Assembly (NCBI RefSeq): GCF_964355755.1 | Contig: NC_092670.1 | Span: forward strand, 4,020,201-4,084,200 | Source: Antedon mediterranea | Lineage: Eukaryota > Animalia > Echinodermata | DNA length: 64,000 nucleotides | Reading direction: 5' to 3' | In this document: piece after piece, positions 20,311 to 34,200 of the stretch | How positions within the stretch are numbered: position 1 is the stretch's first letter | Layout: each line of letters begins with the position of its first letter | The notes under the pieces: model-generated | What the model was told of the DNA's origin: nothing | What the model saw: the letters and a program-made list of their open reading frames with translations, nothing else | Database searches by the model: none | Position numbers and translations under genes: made by a program

Positions 20311-21130
20311 GCCGGCCGGCCAGCGATTTTTGTTTTCGTACATAAGTTGGGGACCCCCTCATGAAACGTCACAAAATAAACATGAATAATTCATCAGTTA
20401 AATTTTCTTGTCGAAATAATCAGCCTTTAGTTTATGGTGTTTTTAATATAATTTATTACTAAAGAATTACGTGTTAAAATTATAGTTTCTATTAATACTA
20501 TAACGCCTAATTATTAGTCTCTAAACCCATGTCTATTCTAGTAGTAGCACATGTGGGTGTGTGTGACGTGTGTGTGTTAGGTATGACCAAAGATAGTTAC
20601 ACTATCTTTGGTATGACACAATCCGAGTAATAAGTCAGCAAAATTAAACAATAAACATTACACAAAAATACATTTTTTATTCTCGTGGGTCAAATCTTCC
20701 CATCTCATGTGTTCATATACGCGCAAGTTCCTTTGAGTACATGCATATTGTTTGATAATAAAATAGCAGAATTAAAAAAATACAGTACACAAATTATACA
20801 CATTCTTTATTCTTGTGGGTCTAAGCTTTCTTTGGTCTATGTCCAATGAATTACTACTTAGTTTAATGTCTTGCCTAGCTGTCGATTAGCCTCGACTCGA
20901 CACATTTTGTGTGAAGAAGAGTGCGCGAAGGCAATCACGTGAATTGACTTAGAATCCTACTAGGCCTACTGTAGAAAGTATCGTATCGCAGTTGTGTAAT
21001 CACTTCTTGTTGCTATACGCTTGGGTGCACACGGAACAACAAATTTAACTGATGAATTATTCATGTTTATTTTGTGACGTTTCATGAGGGGTCCCCAACT
21101 TATGTACGAAAAAAAAATCGCCGGCCGGCC
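20311..21130. mobile_element. Element or segment bounded by ~95-bp inverted repeats (MITE/foldback)
   Basis: GCCGGCC..CGTACATAAGTTGGGGACCCCCTCATGAAACGTCACAAAATAAACATGAATAATTCATCAGTTAAATTT (~20311-20405) is inverted at ~21041-21130. Confidence 0.7.
20581..20617. mobile_element. Probable P-superfamily excision footprint
   Basis: GTATGAC-CAAAGATAGT-tac-ACTATCTTTG-GTATGAC: 7-bp direct repeats around a 10-bp inverted pair with CAAAG..CTTTG termini. Confidence 0.6.
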
Positions 21131-21519
21131 ATCATCGACTGACGATCATGTTGTTGACAATTAAAATCACGGCATATTCAACAACAAAATATAATTTTTT
21201 TCACTGCTGAGGATAATAAATAATATATTTAATTTTAACATAACATGAAAGCCTAGATACTTCCAGTGCGAATAAAAAATAATAATAATGTACAGTATTT
21301 TAGTATGTTATTCCAGATGCTGCAAGACATGAGACCCGAAATAGGCTAGGTCTAGTGGCAGCACAGTGCATACCTAGCTAGTGGGCGGGGAGTGTAGTTA
21401 GCTAGTAAGCTGGGTTAATGTTTCGTACACCTGCGATGAAATAAACATTCAATGTCATTTAAAATTGAGGGCGCCAAACAGAAAATTTACGAGATTGAAT
21501 ACAGGTTGAAAAAAGAAAT

Positions 21520-21773
21520 TAAAAAAGATGGTAAATGTGCTCTCCCTGCCTCAGCACTAAGGCCCTGCCACAGCCTTTTGGGGTCGTTTCCACCACATCA
21601 CCAGATGCATTGATGTTGTCGCCTCATGATGTGTAGTGGAAAGGGGGACGTATGATCTGTGAACCCCAAACACAGTGGCTCACATAGCCTTAACTCTATT
21701 CCACCGACCAGCGTGGGAATCGAACCCACGACATACGTGTGTTAACACGACGCTCAGACGACTGAGCTAACTG
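21520..21773 (-). mobile_element. tRNA-derived SINE
   Basis: Minus-strand head TCAGTTAGCTCAGTCG..GGGTTCGATTCCCACG (A and B boxes), followed by a ~180-bp body ending CATTTACCATCTTTTT. Confidence 0.65.
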
Positions 21774-24700
21774 ATCATTTTGGTTATAGCAAGGTTAATA
21801 GGACATTAATGACGTGATGATGAATTACATAATACACGTATAAATATACTATTATCAGCTGTTTCGTCATGTACTGTGTGGCTTAACGGGTAATGCCCAG
21901 TTTTGAGTGCTATCAGATGGGGTTCGAACCTCTACGGATATTTTTTTAATGAATTGTTTTGTTTTTTTTGGAAGAAAGATATTTGGAGGGTTGAAAATGT
22001 CAGGCCTAGGCAAGTGGACCTCAAATCATAAACAAAAGTGTATGGCATTCATTTTTCCATTAAATAGACACCATAAAACTCCGAAAAGAGGCCATGTGTT
22101 CCTTATTTTTTAGTACTCTTGAGTACGGTGGCTTCTTTTCAACGGATAAGCCTCTTTTCCACATGGGGTTCTTTTCGAGATTACTTTTGTAAACTAAAGG
22201 AGGGGAGTTTCTAGATTCCCGCCAGGAAAATTGTATCTTTACATGATTTGAATTTCTAATAGAGATTAACAAAATCAAAATTTAACTTTTAAATTTAATT
22301 TTGTGGCGTGTTCACCGCAGTAGGACTAAAAATACCATCTTCCTCATTACACCTGCACAAACTCATTTGCATAACAACGCAGGGCTTACTAAACTGTTTA
22401 AAATAGCTGCAAGGTCCCCACAAATGACACCTATAGTATTTTGAAACATGATATATAAGATTCTTCACTACCCCACCATGATTGGGGCTGAGCAAAGACA
22501 ATTTTGAAAAAATATTTATTGAAATATGAAATTAAATATTTTAAGTCTCCAGTTAAGCTCACCATGGTTGGGGCAGAGCTAAGAATGAAAGCTTAGTCCC
22601 CGGAAATTATGAAACGAAATATATAAGTCTTCAGGACCAGCCTTACAATGGTGATTGTTTCCCAAGTGTGTGGTTTTATCAAGGTTTATATGATATTTAT
22701 GACGTAATGATGAATTAAGATTGAGGGCGCTGTTCACATAAGTAAAAATACACTGTTTTCACTGTATCCAATGTTATTTTCACCAGAACAAACTTAAAAT
22801 TAATTTTTGATAGATAATTAAATTTGTTGTATATTAAGTAAAATGTTGTTATTATACAACATATCAATATATATTTTTCGAACAATTTCACATAAAACCC
22901 TTTTTCAATAGTTTTTTAGACATAGGAATGTGTACTCCAATACAGGTCAATAAAAAGATTTTGAATCATTTTCTTAACTTGGACAAGTTCTTATTAGTAA
23001 ATTAATTTGAGCCCGATTTAAAGTTTGTCCAACTGTTAGTTTTCCATTAGAACGAATATTACTATGCATCTCCTAAATAATTTAACCCTAAAATTAATTC
23101 ATTTAATCTAACGCTGCAAAGATATGACCATTTCGTTTTCAATGGGTCAAATATTTAAATTGAGGTCAGAGGTAAAAGATGAATTTTAGAACATGGGTTT
23201 TTATAACCGGCATGCTTCAAATATTTATAAATACAATGTTTACACTGATTTTCAAATTTTTTTTACATAGGAAACTAAATTCGTATAAGGCCCCCCCCCC
23301 CCTATAGCGTGCGCGCTATCAATAAAAAAAAACAACGATCGTACTATAAGTTGATAGGTTGTTTTAGAGAGTCTGGACAGTAGACTTGACATTTCCGGAA
23401 TATTGTAGGTGGTACTAATAACCCCGGTAAAGAGTCAAACCTTCTGAGTACAGATTGGGTGAAACCATAAGCTGTAATTTACACAGACGAGTTGTAACGG
23501 TAAGCGGGAAAACCGCGTAGCTTGTCGCACGTAGAATCTGTATCTAAACCGCCCGTCCGCTCCGCGTTGTGTGTAAATGGTCATAAGGAATAACATAGAC
23601 TATATATTTGTATTAGGCCTACTGTTACCGCTCGTCTGTGTAAATTGGCCTTAATAAGTAGCGGTAATACAAAGCGTTGACTTTATCATGCAAATAAACG
23701 TACAACGCAAGAGACTTGTCCTGTTAAGTAACAAACACACACAATAAGTAAAATACTTGGTATTTTGCCAAGTAAAAATTTTGAGTAACAATAATCTACT
23801 TTTTCCTACTATTACAATCGCTATTATGTGTTTTACAATAGAAGTGATTTGATTTGTGTTTGGACGAATTGTGCATATTGGATTTAACATCGGAACAATA
23901 CTTACATGGCCACTGCTCGAGTGGAACGTTTCTATTCACTAAACACACACCACCACTCATTTGAAATATTTCAGTACAAGGAGCTGTATATCCGTTTCTC
24001 ATACTCTACGTTTTAAGGATTAATGGCATTTGTTCAATTACATGTTCATGGTGGCAAAATGATACAATCAAAAAAGCTATTGGCAATGATATTTTTTCTG
24101 TTGACTTTTAAACAAGGTAAGTTCAGTTATTATGTAGTAAATAAAGTAAACAGTAAAGTAATTGTTTTGCCTATTTGTCGTGTTATTACACTCTGGTAAA
24201 ATAACAATGTATTGGTCCATACACTTAAATAGTGTGTCTATATGTAAGTTTCTATAGTAGAAGTCCAAGTAGGCCTATCATACAACAAACCTACCGTCAA
24301 CACATTACTAAAACTATTTGAAACTCCACTCAACATGAAACCATATTAAACTAATTGTCATTTCATGGATTAATATCTGGTAAACTCAGTTGCTGGCTAT
24401 CGGGTGAAAGCAACAACAGCTACAAATCACGTTTTGCTACGATCTCTGGATTTCAGTAGGCCTATACAATTTAAATGGGTATGAACAAACTGCTTGGGTT
24501 CTAACTTCCCTCTACAGGGCCTTCTAATATAATACATTTAAAACTTCTAAAAATGGTTGTTAATATTTCAAAATATATTACATTGACAGATTATAATTTG
24601 AGAGGATGTAATTGGTGTAGAGTCTATTCACAGTAGGCCTACTTGTTATCCTTGGTGATGTTATATTTTGACCTTATGCTCAGACTAGGCCTACTGTATT

Positions 24701-27700
24701 ACTTGTACACGCAGGCTATAAGTTGTGGTCGTAGGTTTTTCAAATAATAACAAATTAATTCATTTGTTCAGATTTACCTATACAACAATAAGGAGGCGTT
24801 GTGACAATTAGTGCTATTGTGTACACGGTTTTTCACATTTTGTACATATTTTTTTCGTTTACAATTCGTACCCAACTCGCCTATTTTTAGTGACGTCATT
24901 GCGGTTAATAATTTCCTCTATTGGGACCTGTTTGTTATAAACTCCTCCCACTCATACACGATCCCTTTAACAATTATAGTATCAAAATATATGTCACTTG
25001 AATCATTCTCTTTAAGCTTTCTTTCTACAGCAAAAATGTATGTATGTGGTTTTCCTCCAAAATTAAAGTTTGTAAAAGGTCGGATTTACTTGAGACACCG
25101 CCGTCTAAGTTGGTATAGACGCATTTAATGTGATTTTTTGGTTGCTGACTTGCTTTACGTTGACGTTGGTGCGTGAATAATAGTTGAGTTTGTCTGATGT
25201 TGGGATCACAGTATCAGGCTAGAACTGCCCGCTTTATGACCCACGACGGCATGAATATATAATATTAACATTGCAATAACATTACCATTAACATTCTAAG
25301 TTTATAATCTATGTAAACTTCTTAAATGTTTTTGACCTCTTTCTCGCTTTTAAGCAAGTATAATGGTTTAACAAAATTTCGCTTTCTGGTGATATACATT
25401 AGTTTAGTTTGTTAACATTAATTTTCATTTGATTCATATTTGTCCATTATTAGTACGTAACAATATCATCAACAGTTTTTCTTCCTTTTCTTAATTGAGT
25501 ATACCTGTACTCTACTCTTCTTAAAATCATTATTCGTCTATTATCCACATTTCAAATCATGTATATCCTGTTGATCATAACTTTGTTTAGAGTGGATATG
25601 TTTCTGCACCATATTATAGTTTTTTCCCCAATCTTTCGACAATCAGAAACAAAAAACGGGGCTGTCGAGGTAAAGCAAAAGTTTAAAAAACTGTCATCAA
25701 AATAAAAAATAGTAAATAGTCTTGTCGGATTAGAACTATACACCGTAGGCCCAGTGTACACATCTAGCTGCATTCTAAATTTTTAGATACGAGTAGGGGG
25801 TTACCTCGGTATACTATTACATCACATCCATTTGTGATATGGGAGATCAGTCTTTCATTTCATTTATTATTCATGGTCAAACACAGTAAAATATATACAT
25901 CGTTTGAAATTATTTTTGTTTGTTCAAAGTTAAAAATTCACATAAAAATACAAAAATAAGTTACAGAGGTTAACATTTTGTAAAATACAAATAAAATACA
26001 TCATTTAAAATACAGATAAAATACATAGTCAGTCTTTGACTGAAGAGGTCGCCTAGTATAAATAAAATATTTAAATTCAGACAATATAGACCTGACCTAC
26101 ATCTTTTCAATTATAATTGCTATGCTAACGAAAGCTCAAAATTTCGGTCCTTCTTAGTACATCTTTCTCAGATTTACCATCTGTGATGATGCGGACCATC
26201 ATACTTCTCGCTTAATCTGTTTTTCATAGAGACAGAACTGTCTTATGATAGTTATGTAGTTTTGGTGACATTCTTTGTCATTCCGTATAGCAATAATCGT
26301 GGATGGTTTTTACGTTTTTTGGCTCCACACGTTTTTAAATATATTTCGTAAAAAAATATTTTGTGTTGATGATTTTTAACAGATTTTTGTTGTTGATTAC
26401 CAAGTTTTGATTGTTGACAACATTAAATGCGTACCTTAACTGTACGTGTAACATCAGTTATTACAAAGTGCGACAATGTTGTTACTTAGTTCAGTACACA
26501 CATATGTTCACATACATTTATTTTCCGATGTTAAGCTTAAATTACATAAACTGTACAAAAACAGACGTGTGTACACCGTCTGATCAAATTAAATTAATGT
26601 TTATAATAATTGGTCGGCTTACCTACCTACTATATTTATTATTTGGTATCTTTATGTTTGTGTTTTCAGATCAAAGAAATACTGGATTTTTCAGATTATA
26701 AAATTACACAACTATTATTAACTGTACAAAATAAGAGAGATAATTTATTTATAGACCCAATGATTATTAGTTTAGAACATGGAATGTATGTAGCATTATA
26801 TATATTTTTTATTCAATATGATAATTACGTACTATTATAAAAATTAATTAATTTTCACGCCAAACTTCATTATCACCAGGCATTCACATAGCAATCAAAA
26901 GATCCGACAATCACAATCACAGGTAAAGTGACAATGACTAAAATATGAAGATTCCAACAAGTGGTGTTATTTTGATCCTCGGATTATAATATCCGTCATG
27001 TTAGATACTTCAAATCTAAAGCAAGACCAAAAAAAGAACTTGAAATACAATGTATGTTATACGTATTTAAACAAAACGATGGTCTTAACAATAGGTTTTA
27101 ACTTTTAGTATTAAATCGACACGCTATATTATTATTTTGTTCATTTTATAGTGTTTCTCTATGGGACTCTAATTCTTAAAAAGAGGCCTATAAAGATTGA
27201 TTTGATTTGATTTATTTCGGCATCAGTACATAAAATATTACAGACAAACAATTAAAATTGGCAAATATAAAAATACCAAAATAAAACAAGGATGCCAAGG
27301 ATAACTCATAAAAGTCCTCTACGGACTTGTTTCCAATGAGGTCCTTTGAAAGAACAGCAAAAAAGACAAACAATGCAACATATAAAAATTACAAAAAACA
27401 GCAAAAAAGGACAATCGAAAAAAGAAGAAGCGCTTATTAAATAGTTTCTAGAGCTAGTGAACGTTCGTAGATACTTTTTAACTTTACTTTTAAAATAACA
27501 AAATAATAATAACAAGAAAATGTAACTGTTGACATTACCTGCCAATTTTACCTCGGAAAAAATTCCCATGTGCCTCATTTAGAAAAGAAGCCCATCTCAC
27601 AAACACCACTATTTATTTTTATCGAGACAACATCTCTAAAAAAAAAATACTGATCAAAGCTTAAGATGCAACTAAAATATTGTGTTTCATGGTGATATTT

Positions 27701-28222
27701 TTTACGCTACTTTGTATTTGCTGTATTGTAGACTACCTAATTTCACCACTACTACTATTTTAAGTATCCTTTTCTTAATATTTATTTTATTTGTATTTAT
27801 TTCATTTCCCAACCAACAGTGAACTCATGATTCACCACTTACTGGAGGGAACATATAATAATTATAGAGTTTATAGTTCGTTTCCAAAAAGGCTGTCTGC
27901 TTATAACATTTTCCTTGATAGAAGACAAAGATGTTCGTAGCAATCACACATACAATCATGCTAGAAACAGAAAAACGGACATAAAACACATATATACAGA
28001 TTTTACAACACAAAAAAAAATATAAAAATGAAACCTATTTCGTAACGTTTAGGCTGTAAGCATATTGGTTAAGATGAATAGTCCGAAGTTGTATATGCTA
28101 CGTCTTTAAAAATATATATATTTATAGATATTTCTTTTATAGATCCAAAGAATAGTACTAAAGCTTTATAAAACAAACCTTGTGATAATAAATTAAGTAC
28201 GTATATTGTTTTGTTACTACAG

Positions 28223-31200
28223 GAGTAAGTGAGAGTTGTTTAAATAGATGCGGGAAGTATAATCCCGGAAAAATATGTCAATGTGATAATCTATGCGGAT
28301 CAGCAAATGTTCAAGACTGTTGCTCCGACTATACTCTACTGTGTCTAGGTGAGTTCAACACGTTGCAATAAATTAAATTTCAACTTCAAACTGAAAATTC
28401 GATATATGTAATACATTTTATGACACTTTCAACTTTTAAAAATTCAATCCAAAATATTAAGTTTTTTTTAACCTTTCATTATTTATATTATACTGAATAT
28501 TTTGTAGATAGTTACCTACTGTAAATGTGTGTGTACTAATGTGAAATACTATGTTAGTTGTTTTTGAATTATTTTTTTGTATATTGTTAATATTCACGAC
28601 TGAGCCAAATTTGGTGCTTTTGTCCACCGTGTAACGATTAAGTCGCTAAGCCACCTGACTAATAAGGATATTCATTTGTTAATATTATAATAATCACAAA
28701 CTAATTTTATATTACATCTTGAAGTGATTACTTTTAGTAAAATGTTATTTAAAATCTTCTGATCATGCGCAAAATAATATGCATGCATTGCCTATAAATA
28801 TTTAACCATTTTCATTCCAATGAGACTTTTTTTTAAAGGAAGATCACAATAATTGCTTTATTTAGTCTTTTCTGGCTCTAAGCATGTAACTTTACTGTAC
28901 ATTGCAATGTGCATTATATTTAGATTTTGTTTTAGTTCAATTGTATTTTAAAAAGTGTGAAAGAGGATCGGCCTATTTCTGTCAGTTATGTATAATATTA
29001 TATTATAATTAAATATATATATATATAAATATAATAATATTATGTTATTATTAAAGATATTAGCCTATCCTGTCCGGATGATGTAAGAATAACAGTTACA
29101 GCTGATATAAATACCATGGAGGTTGGTTGGGAGAAAGCTATAGCGAAGTATCAGATAGAAACGGAAGACTCTATTCCCTGGCTAAAAACAGCTTCCAGTC
29201 AAATCGCAATAGTATGTACACACAGTCCAGGTGAACATTTTCCGATCGGGTCAACAGTTGTTCAATATACAGCTACTGATGTTGGCGATAGGAGCGTGAA
29301 CTGTTCGTTCACTGTAACGATTGAAGGTAGACTGTTTTCTATGTTAACATTCATATATTCATTATTCATATGAAAATGTTAATATTATGATATTCATAAA
29401 GCTATTTGTGAGTATTGTGTGCTAAATATGTTGGAGGTTACAAACTCCTAAGACTACCACACAAAACCCAGCATTTTGATACATGAGCTGATAAAACGCA
29501 TTCTGCATTATTGTTCAGGTAATTGTAGGTCCAGAATCATTATTAATGATATATAAGTGCAGTGTGATGAATACATTTTATTATTTTTGTTTTATTTCAG
29601 TGGATTATTGTATAGATGTAACTTGCCATCATAATGTATCATGCGTAAATGGTGAGAACACCTTCACATGTGCTTGTACTCCTGGATGGGATGGTCAATA
29701 CTGCAATGAAGGTATGACGTGTACACAATTACAACTATACTAAAACGAAAAAGTCATAGGATAGAGATAGAATGTTTTTTAAATGTTAGTACAATACCAT
29801 CCAGAACAATATACCCTTGCACGCGTATTGTTCATGTGTCAATATTCCGAGAGGGGTCCATTACGTAACAATACGTAACTATTTTATTACTCTATCTGTT
29901 AATAGTCGAAACTCGCGGTACAGCGTGCTGCATCGGTCTATGTACACTCACATTTCATTTAAGTATATTAATTATTTAATATTACGGATTATACTAAAAC
30001 TATAATCTAGTAATATTATATGTAGGGTATTCATCTACACAATCTGAACTGTTATGATTAGTTAACTCACTTGCGTTGCGCCCACGTCATTCGACGTGGG
30101 AGCCAAGCTTTAAAACCGTCGTAGCGTTGTAACTATTTTTTATGCATTTGAACTCTGTAGATTACAAATTTAAGGTACTAGATGGTACGCTCGCTTCGCT
30201 CGCGTACCATCTAGGTCGTGCCCACAGATGGTTCTCGAATACACAGTAATTTCAGCGTAATAAAACTGGCGATTTCAAATGTACGTACCGCAGGACTATA
30301 ATACATTGTCGTTTACAGAAACGATGATTTATGTAGTCAACTAAAATTAGCACCCTGGGAATTACTTCCGAAGGAGAAACTTATCACAAAATGAGTCCAA
30401 ATTTTTGATTTGGACTCATTTAAAGAAACCCAATTTGTGTTTTGTATGTAACATTAGGGTTGAGGGATGGGAAAGCGGATAGGTACAAAGAGGAACAATT
30501 TTCAAATATATTCTTTATCCACTCAGTAACGAAATATTTTTTTCATGTTTTATAGGCCTATAAATAATATACCTCTAAATACAGTAAAACATTTGCGATT
30601 TAATACTTTGTTTATTTTATTTATTTATTTATTTCTTTTAAATATTCATTGTACACTAATTTTCCCCGTGTATGGCAAGAGATTCCTAATTATATTAGAG
30701 AACATTCTTTATTTAGTTTAGTTAAAACTGTCACTGTCATAATCGATTGAAATATTAAAGTACATGTCACGATACACCACTACGACGTTTATTTTTGGTA
30801 ATTATTAATACAAACGTTGAGAAAAAACTGTCAGTATAAAGTTTATTTGTATATAATAATGTGTTTATATATCTAACAGTAGAGCCTATCCACAATCTCA
30901 GTAATAAAGTTTATTTGTATATATTTTTATATTACATCTAACAGTACGAACATTCACAGTAAGAAATGTTCGATTCAAATGAGGACCAAAAATAGTTATT
31001 AGGTATTTACAGTATTGTCAAAGTATTGCAAGTTTATTCTCAAAGGGCCCATATATTTACCTACCGTATGTGTTAAACCAAGGGCTCATAAATTTACCTA
31101 CTTGTGTTAAACCAAACTCTGGCAGACTGAGAGATTGGGATGTTCCATTCATCGCAAATCAATACATTTGTATAATCGTATATTAAATCTATCAAAATAG

Positions 31201-34200
31201 TATTTTTTTTAAAGAAAATCGGCCTGTCTTCAACATTATGATGGTGTACTATAGCTGTTCAACCGGTTTTCAGCTATTAAACACAATTATCGTAGGAAGA
31301 GATAGGAAAATGCGAAGCCTCCTTTTTGTGGCGGGTATTTTTCAAGATGGACATCCATTAGACAGTGTATACCACGATCGGAAAACACCCCTATTTGGGG
31401 CAAATCGTTGAACCTAAATTCGTTTTAATCGTCAATAACTAATTATCTAACTTAATTTAATTAGTAAACAGGGTTACATCAGGTGGTTAAAATCAGTACC
31501 GAAAGTACGAACCAACTTTATATACCATCGAGTAAAAATTCTAGAAGTAAGGCGCGATTTACCGAATTTTGCCCTTACGTAAATTTATATATAGATTGTT
31601 GTGTATACGTAAATTTCTTACAATATTCAATTTTTTACAGATGTACAGGGGCCTATAGCTATGTATTGTCCGACAACAATTATAAGCAAAAATGAACCAG
31701 GGTTGAATTACAGCACGATGGTAAATTGGAAACCACCCTTGTTCTCTGATAATAATGGAGATGAACATATTTCAATTACTTCTACCCATCAACGTGGTAA
31801 TATATTCTATCTGGGAACAACTCAAGTACGTTATGACGCAATTGACCAGTCAGGAAATATTGGATCATGTACATTTGATGTTTTTATTGACGGTATGTCT
31901 ATCTTTTTGGTAATTGAATTTAATATTGAATATTCGAAGTTGTGTTAACCAAAAAATAATTGAACTCTTATCTGATTTTACTACACTTTTATGTTAAGGA
32001 AAAGGCTGTTTTACCCATAATGTGGGTCACAACAAACTAATCAAAGGTTAATGTTACCAGGAAATTCTTCACGTTTAACAATCTTATATTTCCGCCCTAA
32101 ACAACAATTCCATTATCCCGACTGCTGTTCCACTCTAATATGCTACATCATTGCCGGTGACCTTATCATTCATATATTATTATCATAGTCGTCTATAAGT
32201 GTTATAAACGGAACTAGATGATGGGTGGGATGCGATAGTCTGCCGCAGTAGATTTAAATAAATTACTGAATTATATTCAACCATTTTGTGGTGGTAATGT
32301 TTGTGAGGAGGTGTCTGACATGGGGATTTGTTCTTTATGAGTTTCGGTAAACGAGGTCTGATATGAATAGGCCTATATAAGCCTAATAGTAGGAATGAGA
32401 AATAATAATAATATTTCGGTAGAAACATAAGAATATTCTTTACATCACAAACACATGTGTGATCGACCGAGGCTATGGAGTGTTCCTCAAAGCTTCATTA
32501 CATTATTCCAGAATCAACTGCATCCTCTAACAAAAACAGGTTTTTTTTATTTTGTATTTATCTTACTCTGTTTTTTTTCTAAATGTTCACTTCAACGATT
32601 ATATGTGATGGAAAAAATAGATGTTGAGCCACCAAAAGCAACCAATTGCAACAACTCTCAAACTGTAAATGTCAAGAATAATAGAGACAAAGCACGTGTT
32701 TACTGGCCGACTCCAACATTTTCCGATAACTCAGGAAGTGTGAACGTGCAACATACAGCAACTCCTGGTAGTGTATTCAAGATTGGCTTACACTATGTAT
32801 TCTACAATGCTACTGATAATCATGGACATACTACTACGTGTATTATTAATATTGAAGTGAAAGGTAATAACACGTATTATGCTATTCGTTTTGTAACAAT
32901 TAAAGATGTATTGTCCCCCAAAAACATGAAAAATGAAATTAATAAAATCTTTGAATAGGCCATTAATAGTTTTAATCAAGTTAATCACTTCCATAGAAAA
33001 AAAATCCCCTAAAAATAATGTTTTCACTTATAAAAGACAGTGAACAGTTAAATAAAATTAAAAAAACCATTGGCAGGCAGCCAATTTGACTATTTTTGCT
33101 TTAAATTACAGTTTTTTCAGGTAAATAATTTATTTTTCGATCCAATTTTTGGTCAAAGTGTATAACTATTATGTATCATTAAAATAGAATAATCAGCAAC
33201 AAAAATAAGATTTTTTTTCATTGGGAAAATTATACATCTTTAAACGATATAATTCAATTGTGCTTTTAAAATGCTTTCCAAAAAAATAATTTTCTAAAAA
33301 ATTATATTTTAGACCTACTATAATGATTAAAATGAAGAAAATGGAGTAGCACATTTTTGTTAGATATATCTAGAATTATTGAAGTTTTTGTTTTCAGACC
33401 TTACGCCACCTGTATTTACGTCCTGCCCAAATGACATCTATATCCCCACTCCTAGTTCAGAAGATGTTCATCCAGTGACATGGGAAGAACCAAAAGTTAC
33501 TGATAATGATGGAATAGCAGTAAAAACTATTAACTCAACCCACATTTCTGGTGAGGATTTTTTTGTTTGGATAGAACAAGTTTCGTACACTGTTGAAGAT
33601 TACTCTGGCAATAAGGCAGTCTGCTCATTCATGGTTGAAATATACGGTAAGAAGAATTGTGTGTAATTTTACACCTACATAGTAACCTGTTTTATATGAA
33701 TATTTATGTATAAGAAAGCAATTAATTTATGTAAGTATTAAGAATTGAAACGATATAACGTTAATAATCTAGTTGATTAACAATGAAGCTAAGAGTCTGC
33801 AAAATTCAGTTGGTAAGATTATGTTATAGCCTAATGTTAAGTATAAATATACGAAATAAATGGGCGATTTTTTTCAGTTGGTTGCCCCGCCGTAGACGAT
33901 GGCTTTTATCAGTTTCCCAATACAAGAAGTGGAAAATCTGCAAATTCAAAGCAAACATGTCCGGTATACGCAAAACACAGTAAGTATAGTATTCAAGTAA
34001 TCTTCGTGTTCCATCTTTTTATGAATATTTGAGGATTTAAATATTTGTTGATGAATTTAAACATGTACTACAAATGGGGAGAGGCATTATATACCAATAA
34101 ATAAAATGTTTGGTCATCTCTCCTTCATCTTTTTTTGTAATGTATTATACCATATGGACAATTGTCTGATACAAAAGTTGAATTGAATTGGTCTAATATT

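Noticed and set aside
21700-21940. tRNA genes (also 2864-2931 and ~44355-44410)
   Set aside because: A/B boxes are present but I could not fold a convincing cloverleaf; they look like SINE or TE heads.
26170-27055. Candidate first coding exons of the aGPCR
   Set aside because: Signal-like starts end in stops, and the exon-like segments at 26670-26784 and 26880-26922 give no phase-1 junction to the SMB exon.
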